From assembly GCA_963743215.1 (NCBI GenBank), contig CAVUOY010000009.1:29709-93708 (forward strand): 64,000 nt of DNA, in the 5' to 3' direction. The notes under the pieces were generated by a model. The model was given only the letters and a program-made list of their open reading frames with translations. It was not told the origin of the DNA and did no database searches. The stretch is from an uncultured Chloroflexia bacterium (GTDB taxonomy: Bacteria; Chloroflexota; Anaerolineae; Anaerolineales; UBA4823). The position numbers were made by a program, and so were the translations under genes. Positions 30,455-40,417 of this stretch are shown in pieces. The first letter of the stretch is position 1; the number at the start of each line of letters is the position of its first letter.

Positions 30455-31738
30455 TCAAAGCTCCACTGACAATAACGGCACGATCATCTCTTCGGCGGAG
30501 AGACCCCCATGGCGACCGACGAGTGGGTTTTCCTTATCTGCCCACCATAGGTAAGCCTCTTTGCGGGCTGCTACGATCAGGTCTCCCAGGCGGTCTGTCA
30601 GGCGGGGATGAGGCTTGCCAGGTCCGAATAATCCCCTGGTGACGGCTTCAGAGGGATCGATGAAGGTGAACTGGTCAGGCCAGGTCTGGTCAAAGTAGCT
30701 GCGAACATTGTCAGTCTGTCCGGGGCGGATGAACAGGTACATCAGGCGGTTTTCACCGGTGGGCAGGATGTGCAGCAGGCGGGTGAGCTCCGGGTGGTTG
30801 CGCAGGTCATAAGTGGCAGATTTTTCGGTGGCGATCATGCCATGGTCAGCCGTCAGCAAGACCAGGGTGCCCTTCCGCAGGGTAGGCGATAGCTTGGTGA
30901 GAAAGTGATGCTCAAATTCGCGGCTGAACTCTTCAAATTCGGCTGCGGTACGCTCATCATCCGGGTGGTAGTGGTGCGAGAAATGGTCGATCTGACCGGT
31001 GTATACCCAAAAATACTGGCGCATGTTGGGGTTAGCTTCCACCAGATGACGCAAATTGACCCACAGCTCGCCTGGGGTGAAGAACCCGTGCACGTTTACA
31101 TCCTTGAAAAACATCTGGGAGAGACCCGAGTGCATGATGCTGCGGTGCTGTAGGGCGTAGCTCCGTACACCGTACGACGCCAGGTGCGTGCCCAGGGTTG
31201 GCAGGTTCAGGAACTGCTCAGGTATAAAACCGGCCTTGGTCAGGCTGCCGGCATCATTTCCAAAGCTGATGGGCGAATGCAGGATCATGTTGCTGACTAC
31301 CCCATACTCCTTCAGCCAGAGCTCATAACCGACGATACCGTGCTCAGCCGGGCTGCGCCCCGTCCAAAGTGAGGTGAGGGCTGCGGTGGTGGTGGAAGGG
31401 GTGATGGAAGTAAGGGCTGCTAGCTTGCCCTGTTCTGCCAGGCGAGACCAGACCGGAGCGGTGCCATCAGACATCCAACGCTGCAGGCGGTGGAGAGAGA
31501 GGGCATCCACCAAAACCAGGATGACCCGGCGGATATCCGTGGAGGTGGCGACGGTCAGCTCGGAACGCAAGGGGACAGTCGCAAGCGGTTCACCACCCAG
31601 GGCGCGGCAAATGGTGGAGGGAAGATTCAATATCGAGCCGCCGGCGTAATCGGGATGGATAAACTCAGGGCTAAGCTGTAGACCAGGAAGTTTGTTACTT
31701 TCTATGCCTGGTAGGATTTCGGAGGTGACGTCGCTCAT
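30455..31738 (-). CDS. alkaline phosphatase superfamily (nucleotide pyrophosphatase/phosphodiesterase) protein
   Basis: LVLVDAL, PSTTTAALTS..TG, IDHFSH, TADHG, GRHGGL. Confidence 0.9.
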   Translation of the reverse strand: MSDVTSEILPGIESNKLPGLQLSPEFIHPDYAGGSILNLPSTICRALGGEPLATVPLRSELTVATSTDIRRVILVLVDALSLHRLQRWMSDGTAPVWSRLAEQGKLAALTSITPSTTTAALTSLWTGRSPAEHGIVGYELWLKEYGVVSNMILHSPISFGNDAGSLTKAGFIPEQFLNLPTLGTHLASYGVRSYALQHRSIMHSGLSQMFFKDVNVHGFFTPGELWVNLRHLVEANPNMRQYFWVYTGQIDHFSHHYHPDDERTAAEFEEFSREFEHHFLTKLSPTLRKGTLVLLTADHGMIATEKSATYDLRNHPELTRLLHILPTGENRLMYLFIRPGQTDNVRSYFDQTWPDQFTFIDPSEAVTRGLFGPGKPHPRLTDRLGDLIVAARKEAYLWWADKENPLVGRHGGLSAEEMIVPLLSVEL

Positions 31739-31799
31739 AGGTGGCTGTGGAGGAGCTGCTCAGTGTTCTTTTGATATAATGACGAGACTGGAGAAATAA

Positions 31800-33333
31800 T
31801 TGCAAATTTTTGCAGGTTCCAATCAGGTTTTGAAGCGATATCTTACCCTATTTTATGGCTTTGCTCTAGGGCTGGCGTTGATTCTGGGAATCCTTGCCAT
31901 TATCCAGCCAGGGAGCGAGACACCGGATGCACCTGCGATCACCCAGGTGAGCTCATTAACTCAGATTGCATCTTCCACTCAGGACGGCACCCCGGTGCAC
32001 AGCTCCAGCATTCCTACCGCATTTCCAGACATCCCACCCACACCGAATATTGAGACGCCCTCGACCCTGGGCGTGACTGCATCAGATCTGAACGGAGTAG
32101 AGGTGAGCCTTTGGTACCCATGGACAGGCTCAATGGGTGCTGCCTTTCAGACCATGCTGGATGAGTTTAGCCATACCAACCAGTGGGGAATCACGGTGCA
32201 GGCAGGTGCATTCGAGGGTTTTGGCAGCCTGGATGATGCGGTAGAAGCAAGCCTAGCTTCAAAGACCTTTCCGGATGTCCTGGTGGATTACGGCTACCAG
32301 CTGCGGCATTGGGATGGAAGCGGCGTGGTGACAGACCTGACCCCGTATGTCAATGACCCGGTTTGGGGGCTGGCGAGGTATCGAACAGGACGATTTTTAC
32401 TCGGGATTCTGGGCGGAAGACCTGGTGAGTGCCGACTTGTCAAGCCAGACCAAACGGGTAGGGATTCCATTTTACCGTTCAGCCTACATGCTGTTTTACA
32501 ACCAGAGCTGGGCGTGGGAGCTCGGTTACCTCACTCTGCCTACCACTCCCCAGGATTTCAAAACGCAGGCCTGTGCGGCTGCCCAAGCAATCAGAGAACC
32601 GGGTGAACTATCAGCCCCACGCAGAGGCGGTTGGCTGGTCACTCCTCAACCAGGAACTTTCGTGGGCTGGATTTACGCCTTTGGTGGGGAGATCATCAAA
32701 CCGGACTTGTCTGGGTATTTATTCAATACAGCGGAGGCAAGGCAAGCCTTTGAATACCTGAAGGGATTGCAGATTAGTGGTTGTGTATGGTCTGAGACAG
32801 ATGTGAGCCCGCAGGATGAGTTCGCCAACCGGCAGGCATTATTTGTGGTGGGCAGCCTGTTTGACATTACAGCTCAGCAGGCGGCCTTTGTCCAGGCAGG
32901 GAATACGGATAATTGGATGGTGATCCCATTCCCTTCGAGCGACCTCCCCGTTGTGGATACATATGGCCCATCTTTGATGATCACCCAGTCCACCCCAGCT
33001 CAGCAGCTGGCAGCCTGGCTGGTGGTTAAATGGCTGGTTTACCCGCCCAACCTGACTGAATGGATAAAGTCGATTGAAACATATCCGGTACGACAGAGCA
33101 TAATGAGCTACCTGAGCGAGACTTCGAATGAAAGCTCACAATGGTCGCAGGCACTGAGCCTGCTGCCGTATGCGCACAGCGAGCCTTCTCTTGCTTCCTG
33201 GAGTATGGTACGCTGGGCACTTAATGACGCCATGGCTGAGTTAATCGATCCTCAGTTTACTCGGGATCAAATCCCGGCATTGCTTGAGAATCTGGACAAC
33301 GTGGCTGGAGAAATTTTCTCCCAGGTGCACTGA
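31800..33333 (+). CDS. extracellular solute-binding protein, sugar/glycerol-3-phosphate type (frameshift near 32375)
   Basis: N-terminal TM with P/T linker, DLTPYVNDPVWGL, then in the next frame GIPFYRS..LFYN and AAWLVVKWL. Confidence 0.85.
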
Positions 33334-33773
33334 TGGCAGACCTTTCGCGTGTAACAATCTACACTGATGGAGCTTGCGAGCCAAACCCAGGGCCAGGTGG
33401 ATGGGCAGCTTTATTATTGTTTGGCAAGCATGAGAAAGAATTGAGCGGCGCCGAGCCGCACACCACCAATAACCGCATGGAGCTGACTGCAGCGGTGCAG
33501 GCATTGAATGCGCTTGCCCAGCCATGCCGGGTGGATTTCTATACCGATTCCGAGTACTTGCGCCGAGGCATTACAGAGTGGTTGCCAGATTGGCGGCGGC
33601 GTGGCTGGAAGAGAAAAAGCGGAAAACTGGCGAATATTGACTTGTGGCAGGCTCTCGAAAGCAGCCTGAGAGAACACGATATCGGCTGGCATTGGGTGCG
33701 TGGGCATGCGGGGAACTTGCATAATCAACGTGTGGATAGTCTGGCCCGTAAAGCCATGCGGAATTCTACTTGA
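33333..33773 (+). CDS. rnhA: ribonuclease HI
   Basis: IYTDGAC.PNPGPGGW, TNNRMEL, TDSEY, WVRGHAG. Confidence 0.97.
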   Translation: MADLSRVTIYTDGACEPNPGPGGWAALLLFGKHEKELSGAEPHTTNNRMELTAAVQALNALAQPCRVDFYTDSEYLRRGITEWLPDWRRRGWKRKSGKLANIDLWQALESSLREHDIGWHWVRGHAGNLHNQRVDSLARKAMRNST

Positions 33774-33798
33774 CCGCCTTGAGGGTATAAAGTATACT
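33770..33798 (+). promoter_or_regulatory. tRNA-Pro promoter
   Basis: TTGACC-N17-TATACT ending 9 nt before the tRNA. Confidence 0.8.
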
Positions 33799-33807
33799 CA
33801 CCCGCGC

Positions 33808-33881
33808 CGGGGTGTAGCGCAGTTCGGCAGCGCACCGCGTTTGGGACGCGGGGGTCGGCGGTTCGAGTCCGCCCGCCCCGA
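33808..33881 (+). tRNA. tRNA-Pro(TGG)
   Basis: Acceptor CGGGGTG/CGCCCCG, anticodon stem CCGCG/CGCGG with loop TT-TGG-GA, T loop TTCGAGT. Confidence 0.95.
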
Positions 33882-33884
33882 CTT

Positions 33885-34196
33885 ATGGCGAAATTCAATT
33901 ATGATGGTGTAGTTGAAGCTGCCCATTTCAAGCCGGATGGACAATTGGATTGGGTGCGGGTTTACGAGCGCCGGTCCGTAGTCTTTTCAGACCGGATCAT
34001 ATTACGGCGTGAGGAGTTCATTAAGCAGCTCAAAGCAGGTAAGCGTTATGTGCTTGGTGAACGCATCCCTACTATGGGGGGCACATTCAATGTTACTCAG
34101 CCGGTTCATCTTCTCGAGAAAGGCGGCAAACAGGTGGTCATCATCGGTGATGCCCTTACAACCACCGACGAGATGATGGGCGTGCCAATTATATAA
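33885..34196 (+). CDS. hypothetical protein
   Basis: 103-aa ORF with globular composition that fills the gap between the tRNA and a terminator. Confidence 0.75.
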   Translation: MAKFNYDGVVEAAHFKPDGQLDWVRVYERRSVVFSDRIILRREEFIKQLKAGKRYVLGERIPTMGGTFNVTQPVHLLEKGGKQVVIIGDALTTTDEMMGVPII

Positions 34197-34227
34197 AATA
34201 GTCTAAATATATTGGTGAAAGTACGAT

Positions 34228-34256
34228 AAAGCGGCTTCGCATGCCGCTTTTTTTGT
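34228..34256 (+). terminator. rho-independent terminator
   Basis: AAAGCGGC-ttcgcat-GCCGCTTT followed by a T-run. Confidence 0.85.
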
Positions 34257-34295
34257 TCTTTATGAACAGTGACCACAGACTGGTATAATTTTTAG

Positions 34296-35105
34296 ATGCC
34301 CACCCCCTTCTATCACCTGAGCTTGGCGCAGGAACTATTAACTCAGCCTTCTTTGCCGGAACCAATCAACCAGTTTCTGCGAATGAGGCGTTGCGAGTTC
34401 ATGTTTGGTAATACCGCACCCGATGTACAGGTGATTTCTGGTCAAGCACGGCAGGAGACACACTTTTTCAACCTGCCCATTCTGGCAGGAGACCGGCCTG
34501 CATGGGAACGGATTTTCGTGGAATTTCCTCAACTAGTTGTATTTGATGAGCTCCCAACCGCCCAGGTGGCGTTTCTGGCAGGCTATGTGTGTCATTTACA
34601 AGCCGATTGGCATTGGGTAAATGATATCTTTGCTCCTTTTTTTGGCCCGCGCTGCTCCTGGGCGACCTTCCGCCAACGGCTGTATTACCATAACGTGTTA
34701 CGTGCGTATCTCGATACGCACATCCTGTCAGAGTTACCGAATGGTATGGATGCCTGCCTGAGTCAGGTTGTGCCTAAGAGTTGGTTGCCATTTGTGGTGG
34801 ATCATCATTTGGCGGAGTGGCGTGACCTGCTTTCCCTGCAGCTCCAACCTGGTGCCAACATTCAAACTGTGGAGGTGTTCTCCTCGCGCCAGGGAATATC
34901 GCCACCCGAATATTATGCTTTGCTGGCCTCTGAAACCCGCATGCAACAGGAAATCTTTGACCATTTTCCACTCGAGCTGGTTAATCGTTACCGGCAGAAT
35001 GTACTGGATGAAAATATACACTTGTTATCGGATATCATGGCATTCACCTTGCATCCAACAGATGCACCTACCAAGGGAAAAATATTCCAGGGAGTTCAGC
35101 CTTGA
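34296..35105 (+). CDS. zinc-dependent phospholipase C family protein
   Basis: MP...H start, FGNTAPD, TH, GYVCHLQAD..W, HN. Confidence 0.8.
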   Translation: MPTPFYHLSLAQELLTQPSLPEPINQFLRMRRCEFMFGNTAPDVQVISGQARQETHFFNLPILAGDRPAWERIFVEFPQLVVFDELPTAQVAFLAGYVCHLQADWHWVNDIFAPFFGPRCSWATFRQRLYYHNVLRAYLDTHILSELPNGMDACLSQVVPKSWLPFVVDHHLAEWRDLLSLQLQPGANIQTVEVFSSRQGISPPEYYALLASETRMQQEIFDHFPLELVNRYRQNVLDENIHLLSDIMAFTLHPTDAPTKGKIFQGVQP

Positions 35106-35933
35106 AACTAATCGAGCCAAACCGAAGACCTGTTGAAAAAGATCGCATCCAAATGCTGGTTGACCAAGCTGGTAAATTGCTTAAATTGGGCAGCACGGAT
35201 GAGCATTCTGAAGATGCTTTAATCGCACGTTTTATGAGAGGCCTGGATAATCGATTTGTCATGCTGCGCAACCTGCAGCTTGAGGGCACAGGTGAAGTGT
35301 TCCCACCTATCCTGGTTGGACCTGCAGGGCTGGTTGTATTGAACGTGAGTCGGGCAAAAGGATTTTTTAAAGCGAAAGAGGAACTCATGGTGGGAGATGA
35401 ACAAAAGCTCGCATAAATTTGGACCAGCTCGCCCCAATTTACTCCGCCAGAGCAAGGAATATGCCCAGAAACTGGCGCAAATACTGGATGGGCATGGGAA
35501 GTCTCACCCGGAAATCATACCCATATTGGTCTTCGCCAACCCAGGTGTGAATATTGAGAGTAGCAACCCGATCATCCGGATCGTGTTGATGGATGGCGTT
35601 GAAAGCTTGATCGACAGTTTTCTGAACAGTGAGGAAGTGCTTCAGACAACAGAGATCGACTTTCTATCCGATACACTCGAGATCATGTCTAACCCTGAAA
35701 AGGCTGTCCCAATGGGCGAGGGTGAAGACTTTTTCGGACGAGACCTGCTATTGACTGAGAAGAAGCCACCGCGAAAACTTCCCGAAATTTCAATTCCCAC
35801 CAATCTATCCCTTCCACCAGTAGGTGAGAAGCTGAAATTTACCCGAACGCAGGTACTGATCCTGGAAGTGCTATTAGGATTAACCATTGTGGTACTATTA
35901 GGGGCAATTATCTTTGTGTTAAAGTTCCTCTGA
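35102..35933 (+). CDS. NERD/nuclease-related domain protein with C-terminal TM (frameshift near 35385)
   Basis: ILVGPAGLVVL..KG.F pattern, then PNLLRQ...PILVFANP in the next frame. The usual acidic catalytic residues are not evident. Confidence 0.6.
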
Positions 35934-35938
35934 CCTGT

Positions 35939-36697
35939 GTGAACAAAGGAAAGCAATTGCCCACACCATTTCTTTCACTGATTATCCCGGCATATAACGA
36001 AGAGACACGCCTGCCTGAAACCCTCAGGCAGGTGTTTGAGTTTGCTGCCAAACAATCCTACGCTATGGAAGTGTTGGTAGTTGAGAATGGGAGCCAGGAT
36101 AAGACTCTCCAAATTGCACAAGATTTTGCTACCCAATACCCCCAGCTGAAGGTGTTACAGAACCCGGAGAATGGTAAGGGAGGCGCGGTACGGCAGGGAA
36201 TGTTGGCTGCCCAAGGCGAATATCGGTTCATGTGTGATGTCGACTTTTCCATGCCAATCGATGAGATCAATCGCTTCCTGCCGCCGGCACTGAAGGATTA
36301 TGATATCGCCATCGCCTCGCGTGAAGCGCCAGGGGCTGTTAGGCATGGAGAACCTTATTACCGTCATTTTGTAGGCCGTATCTACAACGGATTGATCCGC
36401 CGTCTGGCATTACCGAACCTGCAAGACACTCAATGTGGATTTAAATGTTTCAGGGGGGAGGTGGCTGAAGACGTGTTTCCGCGCCAAACCCTGCATGGAT
36501 GGTCGTTTGATGTAGAAATCCTGTTCATCGCCCGTCTTCTTCACTACAGGATTGTCGAGATACCTATTCACTGGTACTACAACCCGCACAGCAAGATCAA
36601 AGTCGCGAGCGATTCCTTTCGCATGGGGGCAGATATCGTTAAAATCCGAGTGAATGCCCGGCGTGGAGTTTACGCCCCTATTGATGTCCGCGTTTGA
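35939..36697 (+). CDS. GT2 polyprenol-phosphate glycosyltransferase (DPG/DPM synthase-like)
   Basis: SLIIPAYNEE, GKGGAV, MCDVD, DTQCGFK, WSFDVE. Confidence 0.92.
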   Translation: MNKGKQLPTPFLSLIIPAYNEETRLPETLRQVFEFAAKQSYAMEVLVVENGSQDKTLQIAQDFATQYPQLKVLQNPENGKGGAVRQGMLAAQGEYRFMCDVDFSMPIDEINRFLPPALKDYDIAIASREAPGAVRHGEPYYRHFVGRIYNGLIRRLALPNLQDTQCGFKCFRGEVAEDVFPRQTLHGWSFDVEILFIARLLHYRIVEIPIHWYYNPHSKIKVASDSFRMGADIVKIRVNARRGVYAPIDVRV

Positions 36698-37349
36698 TCG
36701 CTCACTCATACCCCCCGAACCCGACCTTTCATTCGAGCAGGTATTATGGCAAGCCGGGCTCACATCCGTGGCTGGTATCGATGAAGCCGGGCGTGGGGCC
36801 TTAGCTGGACCTGTGGCTGCGGCGGTAGTCATCCTGCCACCTGAGCAGAAAATACGCCTGCGGCTGAAGGGGGTGCGTGATTCCAAGCAATTGACACCCT
36901 GGCAAAGAGAAACATTGCGGGAAAGGATCCTGCAATATGCAGCTGCATGGGGGGTAGGTTTTGCATCGTCTGCGGAGATTGACCAGCTAGGCATCCTGCC
37001 TGCCACGCGCTTGGCAGCCTGTCGGGCGCTGGAAGCCTTGATCTTGCTTCCATCCCATTTACTGTTGGACTATATATTATTGCCAGACGTCGTCACCCCG
37101 CAGACTGCTTTGGTCAAGGGCGATTGCCGTTCACTAAGCATCGCTGCGGCTTCCATCCTGGCGAAAACTTCTAGGGATGCAGTCATGCGAGATCTCGATC
37201 TGGTATATCCTGGGTATGGTTTTGCCAGGCATAAGGGTTATGGCACCATCGCTCACCGGCAGGCGATACGCCAGCTGGGGTTGAGCCCGCTGCACCGGGT
37301 CAGCTTTGAGCTCCTCGGAGATTCAGACAACTTGATGGATGAAGCATAG
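36684..37349 (+). CDS. rnhB: ribonuclease HII
   Basis: AGIDEAGRGALAGPV, DSKQL, SIAAASILAK, HKGYGT. Confidence 0.97.
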   Translation: MSAFDRSLIPPEPDLSFEQVLWQAGLTSVAGIDEAGRGALAGPVAAAVVILPPEQKIRLRLKGVRDSKQLTPWQRETLRERILQYAAAWGVGFASSAEIDQLGILPATRLAACRALEALILLPSHLLLDYILLPDVVTPQTALVKGDCRSLSIAAASILAKTSRDAVMRDLDLVYPGYGFARHKGYGTIAHRQAIRQLGLSPLHRVSFELLGDSDNLMDEA

Positions 37350-37691
37350 TAGAAATATCAATCACTCGCCAAGTTGGCAATTAAATTACATAAGCGTTCA
37401 GTCAGTCGTAGCAAGAGCTTGATACAGGATGTAAGCGTCCGAATTTTATGGTGGTAAATCAGTTATTAAGTCTAAAAAAATGGCGTTGGTCACACAAAAT
37501 TTCCTTTTTCAATTGATGGTTACAATAGATTCGGCAAAGAGAATAACACTAATTGTCAAAAGCTAATTACACGGCTCATTTGCAGTATATTCAACCATGG
37601 AAGAGCAGGAATACGGCATTATTACCACAAATCAAAAGTCAGTAAAATTAATAGTTATGTGGCTTGTATGTGAACTTCAGGAGTATTAAGT

Positions 37692-38159
37692 GTGGCAACT
37701 CTTCATTTGATGGTTGGACTTCCTTGTTCAGGAAAAACAACGCTTGCTCAAAGGCTTGAGAGTGAGAAAGCAGCGCTTCGATTGACGCCCGATGAATGGC
37801 AAGTGCGTCTCTTTGGTCAAGATGCAGAAGAATCGGAACATAACGCCAGACATGAGTTAATCGAGGCCATGCTGTGGAACATAGCAAGTAGAGCACTTGT
37901 ATTGGGAACGAATGTGATCCTCGATTTTGGCTTCTGGGCACGAGAGGAACGCGAAGATTTCAGGTTGCGAGCAAAGCAGCTTGGAGCTAGTAGTGAAGTA
38001 CACTTCCTCGATGTGTCGGAAGATGAACTGATGCGTCGGCTTGCGCTAAGAAATTCGCAGCTTTCGCAGGAAAGTTTTCACATTTCCGAAGATATGATGA
38101 AGCCATGGATTGCGTTTTTCCAGAAACCTACACTCGATGAACTTGAGCGCAGGGAATAG
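37692..38159 (+). CDS. P-loop kinase (AAA_33-like), putative integron cassette gene
   Basis: GLPCSGKTT, VILDFGFW..R. Followed by an attC site. Confidence 0.88.
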   Translation: MATLHLMVGLPCSGKTTLAQRLESEKAALRLTPDEWQVRLFGQDAEESEHNARHELIEAMLWNIASRALVLGTNVILDFGFWAREEREDFRLRAKQLGASSEVHFLDVSEDELMRRLALRNSQLSQESFHISEDMMKPWIAFFQKPTLDELERRE

Positions 38160-38216
38160 ATGAGTTTGGAGAAAACCTTCCCACTCGCTAAAGCACGTGG
38201 AAATTGCAGCAACGTC

Positions 38217-38344
38217 ACCTAACACCGGCTCCAGTCAGACAGCGGTTCCGCCGCTTGAAATGGCGTCGGCTTGCTAGAAATGGTGCATAATTGAGAAAGA
38301 GTTCTCGCCAGTCCCGCCGCTGCCGCTGAGCCAAACCGTTAGGC
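38217..38344 (+). mobile_element. integron attC site
   Basis: R'' ACCTAAC ... R' GTTAGGC. L''/L' GGCTC(C)AG / CTGAGCC with an extrahelical base, and inner CAGCGG/CCGCTG pairing. Length 128 bp. Confidence 0.8.
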
Positions 38345-38381
38345 CTCACTCAAAATAAACAACCTAAAGAATGATAAGAAT

Positions 38382-38716
38382 ATGGACATTACCCAAGCGC
38401 TAAAAGACACAGAAAATTCTCTTCGAGACATCATTTCAGTCATACTTCGTGCGAAGCTTGGTGAATCTTGGCTTCCAAACTCTGGTATCTCTCCAGAAAG
38501 ATTACACAGATGGGAAGATCGGAAGGAATCGGAGCAACAACGACAAGATACAGGAGTTGTGGAGCAACGATTGATATATTTTGCCGATTTCTAAGACCTT
38601 CGTACTATCATGAAAATAATTGGGCAGGCGAATTTTCAAATGCCCTTGGTGATTGGAAGACAATAGAAGCGCGGCTAACCGAATTGGAGAAACTTCGTGG
38701 CCTTGATGGTCATTGA
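38382..38716 (+). pseudogene. Swt1/HEPN-like protein remnant (second cassette)
   Basis: ENSLRDII...W...YFADF then stop. Continues frameshifted as NW..FS.ALG...LTELEKLRGLDGH (Rx4H). Confidence 0.55.
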
Positions 38717-38733
38717 CGTGAACTTCTACTAAA

Positions 38734-39405
38734 TTACCAAATCCCCCAAATATTTTCCTTCCAACCGTGCTGGCCGCGTAGGGGCACGAATGCCACCGGG
38801 GTAATATGCTCTTGTTCGAATTCATCGCCATGCTTCCACCAGCGATTCAGCACCTGGCCACCTGCCCCTCCCTCAGGTAGCACCAGACAACCACCCTCAT
38901 CCAGCTGGCTGAACAATGGCTGTGGAACGCGCGGGGCAGCCGCAGTGACCATAATTGCCTGAAACGGTGCATAGATGGACAACCCTAGGCTGCCATCACC
39001 CACATGCACGGTTACATTGGTTAATCCCAGTCGCTTCAGCACCTTGTTTGCATTTTCAGCCAGGGTTGAATGCCTTTCTATGCTGTGGACCTGCCTGGCC
39101 AATGAGGCCAGCAATGCCGCCTGGTAACCCGAGCCTGTACCCACTTCCAATACATTTTCATCCCCATGCAATTGCAGGAGCTCGGTCATTAACGCCACAA
39201 TATACGGCTGAGAGATGGTTTGCCCGCGCCCAATGGGGAGCGGACCATCTGAGTAGGCAATTTGAGCGTATTCCACAGGCACGAACCAATGGCGCGGCAC
39301 GCGCCGCAATGCATCCAGCACTCGCTCATCGTGGATGCCGCGGGCGATGATCTGATCATCGACCATATGGTTGCGTAGGTTGGCAAAATACGATTCGTCT
39401 TCCAT
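38734..39405 (-). CDS. pcm: protein-L-isoaspartate O-methyltransferase
   Basis: QTISQPYIVA, VLEVGTGSGYQAA, VTAAAP, VAFVPL. Confidence 0.96.
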   Translation of the reverse strand: MEDESYFANLRNHMVDDQIIARGIHDERVLDALRRVPRHWFVPVEYAQIAYSDGPLPIGRGQTISQPYIVALMTELLQLHGDENVLEVGTGSGYQAALLASLARQVHSIERHSTLAENANKVLKRLGLTNVTVHVGDGSLGLSIYAPFQAIMVTAAAPRVPQPLFSQLDEGGCLVLPEGGAGGQVLNRWWKHGDEFEQEHITPVAFVPLRGQHGWKENIWGIW

Positions 39406-39416
39406 CTCAAGAATAA

Positions 39417-40412
39417 TTATACGCTCTGCACCAGATGTTTCCAAAAATCATCACGTTCGCCCGGGATGAACGGAATATACAGCCCCAAACGATCAACCAG
39501 TCCATGGTAGCGCTCCAGGAGTGCGGCGGGTAAATCAGCCGCAGGAGCTATGACCGCAAATTCGTGCAGGATATCATCACCGATCAAGCCTGCCATATCC
39601 GCCCACTGCGAATGCGAAGCCAGAATAGAAAGCTGCCTGGCAATTTCATCCCACCCATGCAGCTCCATCACTGGTCTATAGGAAGGGGTGGAGGCATAAA
39701 AAGCGATCTGGGAACGGACAAAATACTCTTCTTCAGGCGATGTAACCACGAATGCGGAGGTGGAAACTTTGATCTCACCGCGAGCTCGACCGGATTTGAC
39801 AGCACCTTGTTCAATCGCCGGCAGGATCATCTCGCGAAGATAACGCGGGGTGTGGAAGGGATGAGCATGAAAACCTTGAGCCGTCTCACCTGCCAGCCTG
39901 GCCAGCCCTTGATTTACCCCGGCAATGTAGATGGGGATATCCGGATGCTGGATAGGACCCGGGTTGAAGAAGGGCGACATCAGGGTCAGCTTGTAATGCT
40001 CACTGTGGTAATTGAGAGGCTGGTTGTTTTGCCAGGTATTCCAAAAGGCACGTACAGCCCCGATTTGCTCGCTTAGCTTGCCCACCACTGAGTCAGGCCA
40101 GGGCATGCCGAAACGGCGCTCGATATGCGCTTTTACCTGCGTGCCCAGTCCAAGGATGAAACGCCCCGATGACGCTTGTGATAGGTCCCAAGCAGTGTAA
40201 GCCAGGTTTGCTGGACTGCGGGCAAAGGCGATGGCTACTGCAGTACCGAATGCCAGCTTTTGGGTGTGTTCAGCAATCAGTGCACCGGGAAGAAATGGAT
40301 CATGCATTGTTTCGGTCGACCAGAGGGCAGTAAAGCCCATATCTTCTGCGGCACGCGCGATGGAAGGGACTCGAGAAAGTGAAACGGGAGGGAGGGTGGC
40401 GTCGATAATCAT
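39417..40412 (-). CDS. F420-dependent LLM-class oxidoreductase
   Basis: ETMHDPF, AFARSP, GRFILGLGTQVKAHIERRFG, FYASTPSY. Confidence 0.9.
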   Translation of the reverse strand: MIIDATLPPVSLSRVPSIARAAEDMGFTALWSTETMHDPFLPGALIAEHTQKLAFGTAVAIAFARSPANLAYTAWDLSQASSGRFILGLGTQVKAHIERRFGMPWPDSVVGKLSEQIGAVRAFWNTWQNNQPLNYHSEHYKLTLMSPFFNPGPIQHPDIPIYIAGVNQGLARLAGETAQGFHAHPFHTPRYLREMILPAIEQGAVKSGRARGEIKVSTSAFVVTSPEEEYFVRSQIAFYASTPSYRPVMELHGWDEIARQLSILASHSQWADMAGLIGDDILHEFAVIAPAADLPAALLERYHGLVDRLGLYIPFIPGERDDFWKHLVQSV

Positions 40413-40417
40413 GTTCC

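Noticed and set aside
28375..33881. Prophage or island integrated at either tRNA
   Set aside because: No integrase and no duplicated tRNA 3' end were seen, and the flanking genes are housekeeping.
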